A stretch of 64,000 nt of DNA from Octopus bimaculoides (Eukaryota), in NCBI RefSeq assembly GCF_001194135.2, contig NC_068987.1, positions 13,759,222-13,823,221 on the forward strand, read 5' to 3'. The translations under genes and the position numbers were made by a program. Below, piece by piece: positions 52,690 to 64,000 of this stretch. Below the pieces are notes generated by a model, which was given only the letters and a program-made list of their open reading frames with translations, searched no databases and had not been told where the DNA came from. The first letter of the stretch is position 1, and each line of letters starts with the position of its first letter.

Positions 52690-53330
52690 AAGATGATACA
52701 GTTGATGATCTGCTTAAACTTTCCTTAGGTTGCTGTTTGTGGGGAAAGAAAAGAAAAAATAAGTGTGTGCTTGGAGAGAAATCTATACAGTTGTAGTTCT
52801 GAAGGATTGATCTAAGTATTTAGCATGTGGGTTTGGTAAGTGAAACTTGTATTAATTACGAGAGGATGGGCAACTAATGCATCGAGTGCGACAGGGTGAA
52901 AGTGGTACACAAGATAGCTAGTTCAGAAGAGCATAAGTCATTATTTGTAGCTTTTATGATTTTAGCAGTATGTTATTCATACATAGGGAGTGTAATAGAA
53001 ACTGTTTCTTTTTAACATCTGTAGTTATTTGAGTCTTGGTGGTGGTGGTGGGGTCGTTGGAAGTGATTAGGTCGTCTGGAGGATGTTTTTAAATCATTTA
53101 TTCACGGGAATAGTGCAAGGTGTTCAAGTTGTACTTGGTAGATGTCTTTGTACGAATGGTTAAGGAGTGATGGATGGTATTGTCTATCAAGGAATGTATG
53201 CAGTTAGAAGTAGGTTATTAATGTACATGAGGAGGAGTTAGCTGAACCCTGAGGTATGCAAGAGTTGATATTGGAAGCAGGATAGATCCTTATCAAAGCA
53301 TACTGCAATGGAGTGGTGACAGAAGAAACA
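52690..53330 (-). mobile_element. CR1/L2-type LINE RT relic
   Basis: INSCIPQGS, then frameshifted LLMYINNL (cf. GVPQGS.L.PLLF..YINDL), and a downstream CSSELA segment; many stops. Confidence 0.6.
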
Positions 53331-54372
53331 CCAAATTGAAATTTTAGTTTGGTTCTTTACCCACTGCACCATCTGGCATTGGACTATTTCTAGTCAAAGT
53401 TGAGGTCTCATGGAAGTTGAGATACATTACATATACACAAAATAAGCTTCAAATTCATAAAGGAGGTGAAGCATTAGGTGTGTACTTGTGGCATTCGTGT
53501 ATTTCTCAAAATCAGCAACAGATCTATGTGATATGTATACATCATGGAGTTGAAACTAAATCACAGATTCTTCTACAATACTCACCACTAAACTCTGATG
53601 CTCAACAAGGTAATCTTATCACATGCTTTTTATGCTGTGGTTAATTCATGGATCATATAAAATATATGTAATCATAACATTTGAATTAGATCAACACATA
53701 AAAATATGGGAGCAATTAATTTGAGGGTTTTCTTTTTTTTTTTTTTTTTTTTTTTTTTGGTTTTTTTTATAGCTTGTGACTTAATCTTTGGATTTGTTTT
53801 AATTATTGTTGCATACTTTCAGGATCGGGAAATATTTACAGTTGGTTTCAGTCTAATGTTTTAGGATTCAGATTACTCTGTCAAATTTAATTCTTATTTA
53901 TTCATATTGTTTTGAATTGATCATGCATTATCTTGTAACTTTGAAATTTCAAAGATGTGCTTGTTCAATTTTAGAATGACACCGTTCGGTAGGTGTAAAA
54001 AAGGATAAACATCCCTCTGTGGTACATCCGCTAATAATATATCACCTGAAGAAATGAATCAATGAGGATGGTCAACCGGATGCCCATGGCTACAACAGAC
54101 TACACCAGTCATCCCAGGAATATAGATTGAGATCTTAAGAATCATGTGATTTGTGGAAGCGCACATAGCAATGCATTAAATGTTTATAAATTCCATTCAA
54201 GGATTATTGCTGTTATTATATTTATCTTACATTATATTGGTACAACTTCATGCAACCCTGAAAAACTAGCTCACTAGTCAGCATCGTTAGACAGTGGTTG
54301 GCATCATAAAATGGAGCTTTATCTGCATATTCAAAACTTTTCCCATGAACAAATTTAAATGATATATATATA

Positions 54373-54419
<47 letters not shown>

Positions 54420-54428
54420 ATATATATA

Positions 54429-54463
<35 letters not shown>

Positions 54464-56579
54464 GATACGATTAGCAAAAGAATGATATGACATGTTGGGA
54501 AACTGGCGGCTGATAGGTGTCATTGAAAGAAGGGCAAATGCCAATTTGTGAATATCAAATTAGGATGCTTATCTATAAATTAGCTGGACTAAATTAAACA
54601 GCTTTTTATTTTTTATTTTTCACTTCGTTGAAAATTAAAATGAAAAATCCTTGTCTGTGGTTGTTATATATCAACATGATGTTTGCCATTGAAATAAAAT
54701 CAATTTTCTGTTTGATTTAACATTTCAAAATGAAGTAATGAAATTCTCTGTTAAATGAATAGTAAATTCTGACACCTAAATAACAGATTATATTTTTTTG
54801 AATACTTTATATACAAAAACACTAAACAGAACAGGTTTTTAATTGTATTTACTCTTCTCATTACTTTGAAAATATTGTGTACACAACACACATGCTACTA
54901 TACCCATCTCTTTTCAGGAATACATACTTTTAACATGTTAACTTTTGCAAACACAACCGTTTTTTTTTCTGACACCTACATTCAGGTATATATTCGCATA
55001 CACCTGCCTTGTAACATAGACAAAAGTATGTCAAAATATATTTATAAAATTCTTGATTTATAAAATGTGTAATGATAGCATCAAAACTACCGATACTATG
55101 TTCACTTACCTACAATACACTTTTTTTAGAACTGTTTTATCTATTTCTTTCCGTGAAGTCTTATCTCTGACTATCTGTAAGAGATGGCCTGGATTTAGGC
55201 AGTTTTGTATATGTTTGTATCTATGTGTTTTACGTATATGTGCATGTATCTCCAAATATGTATGCATATATCAGAGCAAGTGCGTGTGTGTGTTTACATA
55301 TATATATATGCATACATCTGAGTATGTGGGTGTATACATATAAATAAATGAATGCATGTATGTACATATGTATTTACCTGTTTCCCTGCCTTTGATAACA
55401 CTCAGCTGGAGTATTATTTTGTTGTGAGACCAAAACCTTCCATTCTTTTCTCATGAGAAATGGCTGAATACTTTTTACAAATTATTTAGTGAAATTCACT
55501 GACTGCTAACTTACCAAATTTTCTCAAAATTAATACTTATTTTCTTCCCCCTTTTTTTTCTTTTTTTCTCTTCTTTTAACTGAATTAGATTGACAGGGAA
55601 AAGAAGTGAGGTAGAAACTCTATCAGAGTGGGTAGTTAGGTAATTATGGATAACAATGCTGCAGTAGCTATAGATCTCTGAGTATATAAGTTTAGTTTGG
55701 GATTTTGGATAGTGTAACAAGCAGTAGCATCATGAATTACTAGAAAGTTAAAGAGATTTTAACTAGAGAGAGATTTGCATGATACAGAGGACTTACAGGC
55801 GACTGGTGATAATGGACCAAGTAGAGAAAGTGGTACAGAGAATAAATTATGGCAAAGTTTTAGTACAAGACAGTTACATTGAATTAGATGTGGTTTGGGT
55901 TTGTACCAGAACATGGACCCAAAGCTAACATATTTCTATAGAGATAACGGTGAAGCAGTAGTTAGTGCTCAGACATAAATAAATAGCTTCACTTTGTATT
56001 TGCCAATCTAGAAAATACCATTGAAACTGTCCAACATTTCAAGTTTATATGCAAAGTCTGGCTAATATTACATACTTCATGCTTTAAAAGTCTTTCGTCC
56101 TGAATATGTACTGCTGAAATTGGGGTGTGTCTAAATGTACCGATGCATTTTTTATGCCATCAAATATTGTGGGTGTAAAGTGAATGGCTTGTGAAAGCCA
56201 TTTAGTTCATGTATGGGGGCGAGGTTCAAAGAGGAATGACCTGGTGGATTTTCACCAGGGATCTACTTTCAGTTTTATTCTCTTCATTGTAGTCTTTAAG
56301 AAAATGGTTCACACATGAATGCCCTCAGTAACTTCCCTATGGTTCTCATTGCAGAATCTTTTGAAGACCTGCAGACAAAAATTCCCAAACCTGGGAGAGT
56401 GATTAACAATGAAAAGCCAAAAGCCTAATATAGCATACAGCAAAGACAAAAGTTGTAATTAGTAGTAAAAGGAGACAAGTTTTTTTTTTTAGTATCATTT
56501 GGAAAGTATCATTACTCAATGAGTAAGACTGGAATTGACAAAATATCAATAGCGTGTGTTCTATCCAATCATTAAAGAT

Positions 56580-56620
<41 letters not shown>

Positions 56621-56898
56621 GAAAGGTAACCTGGGTTATTATTATATACACCAGATGTACATAAGTAGTTAATACCAGGGGCACCTTTGAAATAAAGTCT
56701 TTGGCATGCTCAGATGGCTTGCTTTACACTTTTTAGTTTTTTCTTTCTTATTTTTTTTGTTATACAGATAAGGCAGTAAAAAGAGCAGCATGTGAAGTCT
56801 TGCATAACTTTGAGAATATGTTGCTTGTTGCAACATCTAAAAAAGGGAATACATATGGTTCCCTTTATTTTAACTTAAATATAATACTCCTACCTTTC

Positions 56899-56940
<42 letters not shown>

Positions 56941-58056
56941 GCTCTTTTATTAATTGTGAATATTATTCGCAGCTCTTAAGTCACTCCTACAGCTTAGTAC
57001 TGTCAGTTAACAAAAGATTATACTGCATATGCTTTCTTGTAGTCTAGTTCTCTTTTCTCCTCTTATATAATTAAACTTCTCTCTCTCTTTCCCTCCTCTC
57101 TCTTTCTTTTTCTCTCATCATCATCATCATTGTTTAATGTCTATTTCCCATGCTTGCATGGGTCAAGCAGAATTTGTTGAGGCAGATTTTTCTACAGCTG
57201 GATACCCCTGCTGTCACCAACCCTAACCTGTTTCAAAGCAATGTAATATTTTTCCCCATGGCCAGACATGCTTGTATGATGGTGAGACCTGTTTACAATT
57301 GTCACATGATTTAAAGAAGGGCACACATACAGTGGGCCTCTTTCAGTTTTCATCTACCAAAATTAAGTCAAAAGGTTTTTGGGTCACTCCAGGGCTATTG
57401 TAGAAGACACATTTCCAAGGTGCCATGCAATGGAACTAAACCCCAAACTACATGGTTGGGAGCAAGCTTCATGACCATCAACCATATATAAGAAGTTTGC
57501 TTGTCAACCACATGGTTCTGAGTTCAATCCCACTGCACAACATCTTGGACAAGTGTCTTCTACTTCAGCCCCAAGCCAACCATAGTCTTATGAGCAGATT
57601 TGGTAGATGGAAACTGGAAGAAGCCCATCGTGTGTGTGTGCGTGTGTTTTGTCTCACCTTGTCTTGACATCACATGACAGACTTAAATAATTGTCACTAT
57701 CATACAAGCAGTGTCATTCATTTGTAATATCCTGTGAGAACATATCTGATGATGGCTAAATATTACCTTTCTAGGAAACAGGTGAGAGTTAGCAACAGGA
57801 AAGGTATTTAGGCCTTAGAATATATTCCTCAGTTAACTCTGTTCAACCCATTTGAATATAGAAAAATAGATGCTAAAATGACAACTTTTTTCATCTGAAC
57901 TAACACATAATGCAAAACATTTGGAGTAGCATTGAAGTCTATCATTAACTTTAAATGCTTTAAATGAATAAATAAATTCTATTACTTGTTTCGAGAACTC
58001 TTTATTCTGTTTGTACATCCAAACACATCATTTCTTTCTTTCTTTCTTTCTTTCAG

Positions 58057-58128
58057 ATTTTACCCTCCATGATTATTCAGCTTCTGGAAGATTCAAGAAA
58101 GCACATATCAATGCTTTCCACAAAGAAG
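58057..58128 (+). CDS. TMEM183: TMEM183 exon 2 (DFTLHDYSASGRFKKAHINAFHKE)
   Basis: Acceptor (TTTC)6AG and donor GAAG|GTAAGA; 72 nt, phase 1-1. Resembles human TMEM183 VTVADY...SGRVKKAVANAVQQE. Confidence 0.85.
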
Positions 58129-58924
58129 GTAAGAAGAAAGAATCTAAGAATGTTCCAAGAGGGAGTAAAACACTTTGGAATGTATTCATTTAATTTTTCT
58201 GTATTTTGGGGCTGTGGATAGCAAGCATAGAATGAATGGTTTGACAGAATATGACAAGTTGAAGGATTGTGTCATGCTTCAATGTCTGCTTTGGCAAGGT
58301 TTGTGAAGCTGAATGCCTTTCATAATTCTGACTGCCACACAGAGAGTATTGGATGGTTGTTTGTTTGTTTGTTTTTTTTTTGTTTTTGTTTTTGTTGATA
58401 GTATGAGCTTGAGTAAGGTCCCCTTATAATTCACAAGACTAACAAACTAAATGAGTTAAAGGTACAGTAGAGAGAAGGGTGGCTTTATGTTAGGTGTTGT
58501 GAAGTTTAAAGTATGATAGGAGGAACTGGAACCAGAGATATTGGCTACCTTACATTGTATAAGGGTGGATAGGAGTAATTAAGGTGGAACTGGAGAGAGA
58601 TTAAACTTGCATCATTGAAATATTGTTACCTATTCCTGTTCGCTAGGGGAACATGTAGAATTACATGTGTTGCTCAGAGCCAGAATAAAACTCTTGTAGA
58701 GAATTGGCAATCCATTACTTTCATTTCCTTGACTAGTTCCAGACATAGCTGATATTTGTATATCTAGTTATGCAGACTGGGGAATGTCAAATTAAGCAGA
58801 CCATTCAGGGTTTATTAACAAAGCAACAACAAAAAACCCCACTTGTTTGAGTGTTTGAACACTCATCAGACTTGAATCAATCTGCCACCAGCCACAAGTT
58901 ACTGTGCAAGATCTACAATACATT

Positions 58925-59144
58925 TTAACCTTTTAGTATTTGAACTGGCCATATCAGGCCCAAATATTCTACCTGTTTTATATACAAACTGGTCAGATCC
59001 AGCATCTCACACCTACCTTACAATGCCATTCTAAAAATAAATAATCACGTAGCCAAAACTTCAAAATAAAGAATGATTAATTCAAAACAATATGAATAAA
59101 TAAGCATTACATTTGACAGAGTAATCTGGATGCTAAAGGGTTAA
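58925..59144. mobile_element. piggyBac-like (TTAA) MITE, copy 1 of a direct pair
   Basis: TTAA-bounded, 220 bp, ends TGCTAAAGGGTTAA; near-identical to 60069-60288. Confidence 0.8.
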
Positions 59145-59753
59145 ATTAACTCTCAGAGCATTAATTAGCACAGGGTTTAGTAGAAGATGCTTTCCCAAGC
59201 TGCTGTTCAGTGGAACTGAGCCCAAGACTACGTAGTTGTAAAGTGAACTTCCGAATCATACAGTCACCCTACACGTAATATAATGTCTAGTTTAAAAAAT
59301 GGAATAAGACACTCGTCATGGCCAATGCCAGTACTGCTTGACTGGCTCCTGTGCCGGTGGCATCTAAAAAGCACCGTTTGAGTGTGGTTGATACCAGTGC
59401 CGCCTGACTGGCTCCTGTACTGGCGTCACATAAAAAGCACCCACTACACTTTTGGAGTGGTTGGGGTTAGGAAGGGCATCCAGCTGTAGAAACCTTGCCA
59501 GATCAGATTGGAACCTGGTGCAGCCTCCTGGCTTGCCAGTCCTCAGTCAAACCGTCCAACCACATCGAAAGCGGATGTTAAACGACGATGAGTGATAAGA
59601 TATATTAAGTTAATAATGGACCTGTTGCTTTGTTTTCCTTTTTCATTGATTGCCTGAGATGTCCACCATATTTATTCAACTTGTCTTAAGTTTCCTACTG
59701 CAGTTCTTTTCTGGTTTGTTTTTTTATTCGTTATTTTACTTTTCGTTCCATAG

Positions 59754-59915
59754 CTAAACAGTTACAAACAATTCCAACTTTAGTTCAAGATGTTGTTGAA
59801 AATTGGTTTGAAAAAGATGCGGATGACTTCGATACAGACACAGTTTCTTCAAAAGGAGAGGATGAAGATGAAGAGGAAAAGAAAAAAATAATTAACGATG
59901 AAACAAGTAAATCAA
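59754..59915 (+). CDS. TMEM183: TMEM183 exon 3, acidic linker (AKQLQTIPTLVQDVVENWFEKDADDFDTDTVSSKGEDEDEEEKKKIINDETSKS)
   Basis: Pyrimidine tract plus CATAG acceptor and CAA|GTAAGA donor; 162 nt open in phase 1-1, bridging exons 2 and 4. Acidic segment as in TMEM183 orthologues. Confidence 0.82.
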
Positions 59916-60068
59916 GTAAGAACATCATATGAGTTTTAGAAACTTTGAGAGATTAGAAATAAACTTTTTTTACAGTAGAGCTCGAAGCAGATAAAGCTAT
60001 AATAAGCATACATAATATTGGTTTAAAACATCAAATTTCTGCTGAAATATCCTGCCTTTGTTTCACTT

Positions 60069-60288
60069 TTAACTTTTTAGTATTTGAACTGGCCATATCA
60101 GGCCCAAATATTCTACCTGTTTTATGTTCAAGCTGGTCGGATCCAGCATCTCACACCTTCCTTACAATGTCGTTCTAAGAATAAGCAATCACGTAGCCAA
60201 AACTTCAAAATAAAGAATGATTAATTCAAAACAATATGAATAAATAAGCATTACATTCGACAGAGTAATCTGGATGCTAAAGGGTTAA
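60069..60288. mobile_element. piggyBac-like (TTAA) MITE, copy 2 of a direct pair
   Basis: 220 bp, same orientation and same internal variant as 58925-59144. Confidence 0.8.
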
Positions 60289-61296
60289 AGTTAGTAAAAT
60301 AACTTTAGTCATTATTAAGCAGTTTAGAACATAAACTAACATGAAATTCTAATGGAAGATTTAAATTTTGATTTTAATTTAAAATAAGAAATGTCATAGA
60401 ATTAGGAGCAGTCTCAGGCAAGATGGGATTGAAAGGGTCTTTAAAAAAATACTTACATGGGAAAAAAGTTGAAGGCTGCCTGAGAGGGTATGGTTTGGGG
60501 GTGGTGGAGTGGGGTTGGGGGGTTAACCCAATATTTTTTGTGCTGTTATTTTAGCTTTATCTAGTTTCGCCTTTAAAATGATTTAATATCAAATAAGAAC
60601 ATTTGAATTAATTAACATAGATGGTTCATATTTACAAAATAATACTCACCCTACTAATTTATAAAATAGACATTGATAAATAATCTTAGCTGAGGCCCCT
60701 TAGAAACTTTTTAATTCTTTGATGACTGACTGACCACATAGTGAGGGTAATGACAGTGAGCCTCTATATATGTCCTTAAAACCTTGCCCACTACTCATGG
60801 CCCCTTGATGCTTTTAGATTAGATAATTAACTAATTAAGCTGTTTGATAAATTACAGTTTTTAGTTGAGTCCTACCAAAATTGACTTTGTTGTGGTTTCC
60901 TTTGTTGTCGACAAAATTTAGTACCAGTATCATACTGGAATGTCTGGGTTCTGAACACAATCTGGGAATTGAAACAGTAAGCATAAGATCATGAATGCGA
61001 CACCCTAACGACAAGGTCATGTGACCTTCACCATAGTACCTATTACAGTTCACAAAGCAAGCAACAGCTGCTGAGTTGGTAGGGTGCCACCCTACTGGCC
61101 CAGTGGTCCACCAACAAAAAATGTGTACCTGGTTGTTATAGTAATAATTTAGTGCAGCTTACCATGAACACCAGCAGCACTTTATTATTGTTGAGTATTT
61201 CGTTAACAATGCTGATTCTCATGTGACAAATTCTCTTGTGTAACTCCCAATGAAAGATGGACTTTATTTGAATGACATCTTTTTAGACAGACTTTA

Positions 61297-61517
61297 TATT
61301 GGGTTGGTGCATAATTATTGCGGATTTTTTTCAACAAATTTTATTCAACAAAAACATCTTTGAATTATGGTCTGACCATCTGCCAAGCAAATGGGAAGCA
61401 GTAATTGCAGTAGATGGTGAATATACTCCGGAATAATCATTTAAAGATGTTTTTGTTACATGTTTTTGTTGAATATTTGTTGAAAAACAGCTGCAATAAT
61501 TATGCACCCACCCAATA
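61297..61517. mobile_element. Tc1/mariner-like MITE with long TIRs
   Basis: TATTGGGTTGGTGCATAATTATTGC ... GCAATAATTATGCACCCACCCAATA, imperfect ~60-bp TIRs, TA on the left flank. Confidence 0.75.
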
Positions 61518-62045
61518 GATCCAAGAATAACTGTGTGGTAAGATGTTCGTTTCCTAACTACACGGTTTCTGGTTCAGTCCCACTGCATGACACCTTGGGT
61601 AAGTGCCTTGTACTATAGCCCCAGACCAACCAAAGACTTGTGAGTGGATTTGGTAGGCAGAAACTGAAAGAAACCTATCACATATATGAGTGTGTGTATA
61701 TATGTGTGTTACTATCTCCTTGACATAATAGTTGTAAACAAGCGTCACTGTCATACAAGTGGAGCCTTTGGTTTCCAATCTTCAGTGAAAACATGTCTGG
61801 GCTGGGGAAATATTACCTTACTTGGTAACAGGTAAGGGTTACTGACAGAAAGGGCATCCAGCAGTAGATAATCCACTTCATTAAATTCCATCTAACCCAT
61901 GTGAATAAAGAAACGTGGACGTTAAGATGATGATGATGATGATAATTATGTACATAAACAAAAGTCTTCAAATGGTGCTCCACTGATCTAGTGGAGTATA
62001 AGAATTACTTAATTTACAAAAAAATTACTCTGTTCTTTATTTCAG

Positions 62046-62244
62046 GTAAATCTGAAAATATCAGGAGAAAAACAAAATTGAAAAACGTTGTACCTGATGA
62101 TTCTGGATTTATTTATCCTGCTGATATTTGGCATATTCTATCATTGTATATCCATCCTGAAGATGTTTGGCGATTTGCTTCTATCTGCAAATACGCAAAT
62201 ACTGCAATCCATACTGTAAGGTTTTGGCGTCATCTCTATCATAG
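62046..62244 (+). CDS. TMEM183: TMEM183 exon 4, F-box-like segment (...YPADIWHILSLYIHPEDVWRFASICKYANTAIHTVRFWRHLYHR)
   Basis: Strong similarity to human TMEM183A [44 protein letters not shown]. Acceptor TTTCAG at 62045, donor AG|GTTTGT at 62245 (phase 2). Confidence 0.92.
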
Positions 62245-62441
62245 GTTTGTATTCTAATTTTCCCTGTATCATTAATCCCTCTTCAGCTGCTGTAGTCTGA
62301 AATATCTTTATTTTCTAATGCCATATCAGCTATTTTATCGGATATCACATAAAAAGCACCCTTTGCCAGTGCCTTGTAGAGAGCACTTGTGCCAGTGCCA
62401 TACAAAAAGCACCCATGCTGGCACCACATAAAGCACACCCT

Positions 62442-62673
62442 ATTTCTTTATTGCCCACAAGGGACTAAACATAGAGGGGACAAACAAGGACAGACAAAGG
62501 TATTAAGTCGATTACATCAACCCCAGTGCATAACTGGTACTTAATTTATCAATCCCGAAAGGATGAAAGGCAAAGTCGACCTCGGCGAAATTTGAACTCA
62601 GAACGTAAAGAAAGACGAAAAACCGCTAAGCATTTCGCTCTGCATGCTAACGATTCTGCCAGCTCGCTGCCTT
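62442..62673 (-). mobile_element. Full-length tRNA-derived SINE (family a) with 17-bp TSD
   Basis: Same family; TSD CACATAAAGCACACCCT at 62425-62441 and 62674-62690. Confidence 0.85.
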
Positions 62674-64000
62674 CACATAAAGCACACCCTGCTACACTCT
62701 ATAAAGTGGTTGACATTAAGAAGGGAATCCAGCCTTAGATGCAATCCCAAAACAGGGGACTGGAGCCTAGTATAGCTTGCCAGTTGTCAAACCATCCAAC
62801 CCTTGGACATTAAATAATGATGTATTTTGTGAACAATAGTATTATTGATTACAGGTTTCCAATGGAGCAGTCAATGACTTGCTACATTCACAAGGGGCTG
62901 GCTTACTAGCTTCTTTCAGTTTTCATCTACCAAATCCACTCACAAAGATTTGATTGGCGTAAGGCCTCAGTAAAAGACATGTGCAATATGACTGAGCCTA
63001 GACCACTTGGTTAGGAAACAAACTTCTTAATTACACAGCTATGCCTGCACAAATTTACATGCACACACTCTCAGTGAGCTTCTGCACAATTTCTCCTTAC
63101 CATATTCCTTTCATCCAATGCAAAAGAAAACACTTACCAAAGGTGTTGCATGATGGGGATCAGACCCAGAACCCCACAGTTTCAAAACCAAATTTTTTAG
63201 GTGAAGGCATCATCATCATCATTATTTAACGTCCATGCTGGCATGGGTTGGACGGTTTGACTGGGCTGGCACACTGGGAGGCTGCGCCTGGCTCCAGTCT
63301 GATTTGCCATGGTTTTCTACGGCTGGATGCCCTTCCTAACGCCAACCATGAGAGTGTAATGGGTGTTTTCACATGCCACTGGTACGGGTGCCATTTGAGT
63401 AACACTGGTATCTGCCACGACTGCAATTTTGCTCGACTTGATGGATCTTCTTCTCAAGCACGACATAATGCCAAAGGTCTTCTGGTTTAGCATGTAGCTA
63501 AGAAACTTGCTTTCAAACCTCATGCTTAAGGGTGAACCTGTGACTATTGTAGAAGTCACCAGTCAATGCATAGACACTATAGACTGCTGTCTTTTACCTA
63601 CAATTGTTGCACGATGATCAATGTCTTGCAAGTGAAAGGAGCCCTCTTCTTGAATGAGTACATTAATTGTAAACAAATGTCATGCACTTTCCAAACTGGT
63701 GTCGATTGCAGGGGTCATGAACATAATGATTTTTCAATTTTTGGTTGGTGAATGCTATGGACTGTGAACAATCATACATGAACATGCACACATAGACATA
63801 CACATACACACACATGCTTTAGTGTATCAAGTCTTCAAATCAAAATCTGCTTCAGGTTCTAATCATTCCAACAATTTGTTTAACAACCTCAGGAAAAGCA
63901 GAAGCATAACATTAAGTTATTGAGGACTAATCAGACATCGAGTGACAGTGTTGTTTATGAATAATAATCAAGCATTGAATTTTGAATAATGATTAAACAT

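Noticed and set aside
56236-56262. SECIS-like AUGA...GA hairpin
   Set aside because: Stem is only 7 bp, no apical AA, and it is intronic.
63566-63751. ORF containing RHY, as expected at the start of the next TMEM183 exon
   Set aside because: Similarity stops after three residues (no LP.RL...LRA.VIRSL) and the acceptor is poor; the next exon is probably beyond 64000.

Overview
AT-rich, microsatellite- and SINE-dense eukaryotic genomic DNA with two assembly gaps. The repeat style suggests a cephalopod (octopus-like) genome; this is an inference. Two genes lie head-to-head with start codons about 1 kb apart. On the minus strand is the first coding exon of liprin-alpha (PPFIA family, 11305->11066), whose following intron runs off the left edge. 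On the plus strand is TMEM183, with four in-phase exons (12273-12333, 58057-58128, 59754-59915, 62046-62244), an inferred 45.7-kb first intron, and further exons beyond the right edge. The rest is intronic: tRNA-derived SINEs, RTE and CR1-type LINE relics, hAT-, piggyBac- and Tc1/mariner-like MITEs, a decayed 5S rRNA copy and a ~285-bp foldback. The most unusual signal is four minimal type-I hammerhead-ribozyme-like folds from three unrelated repeat families (6662-6707, 9548-9595, 23153-23190, 46096-46139). One is the tail of a tRNA-headed SINE-like element with inverted 3' tails, suggesting Penelope-like/retrozyme-type non-autonomous elements. Every copy here deviates from the canonical catalytic core, so activity is untested. 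All ordinary ORF-track ORFs other than those overlapping these exons or LINE relics look spurious.
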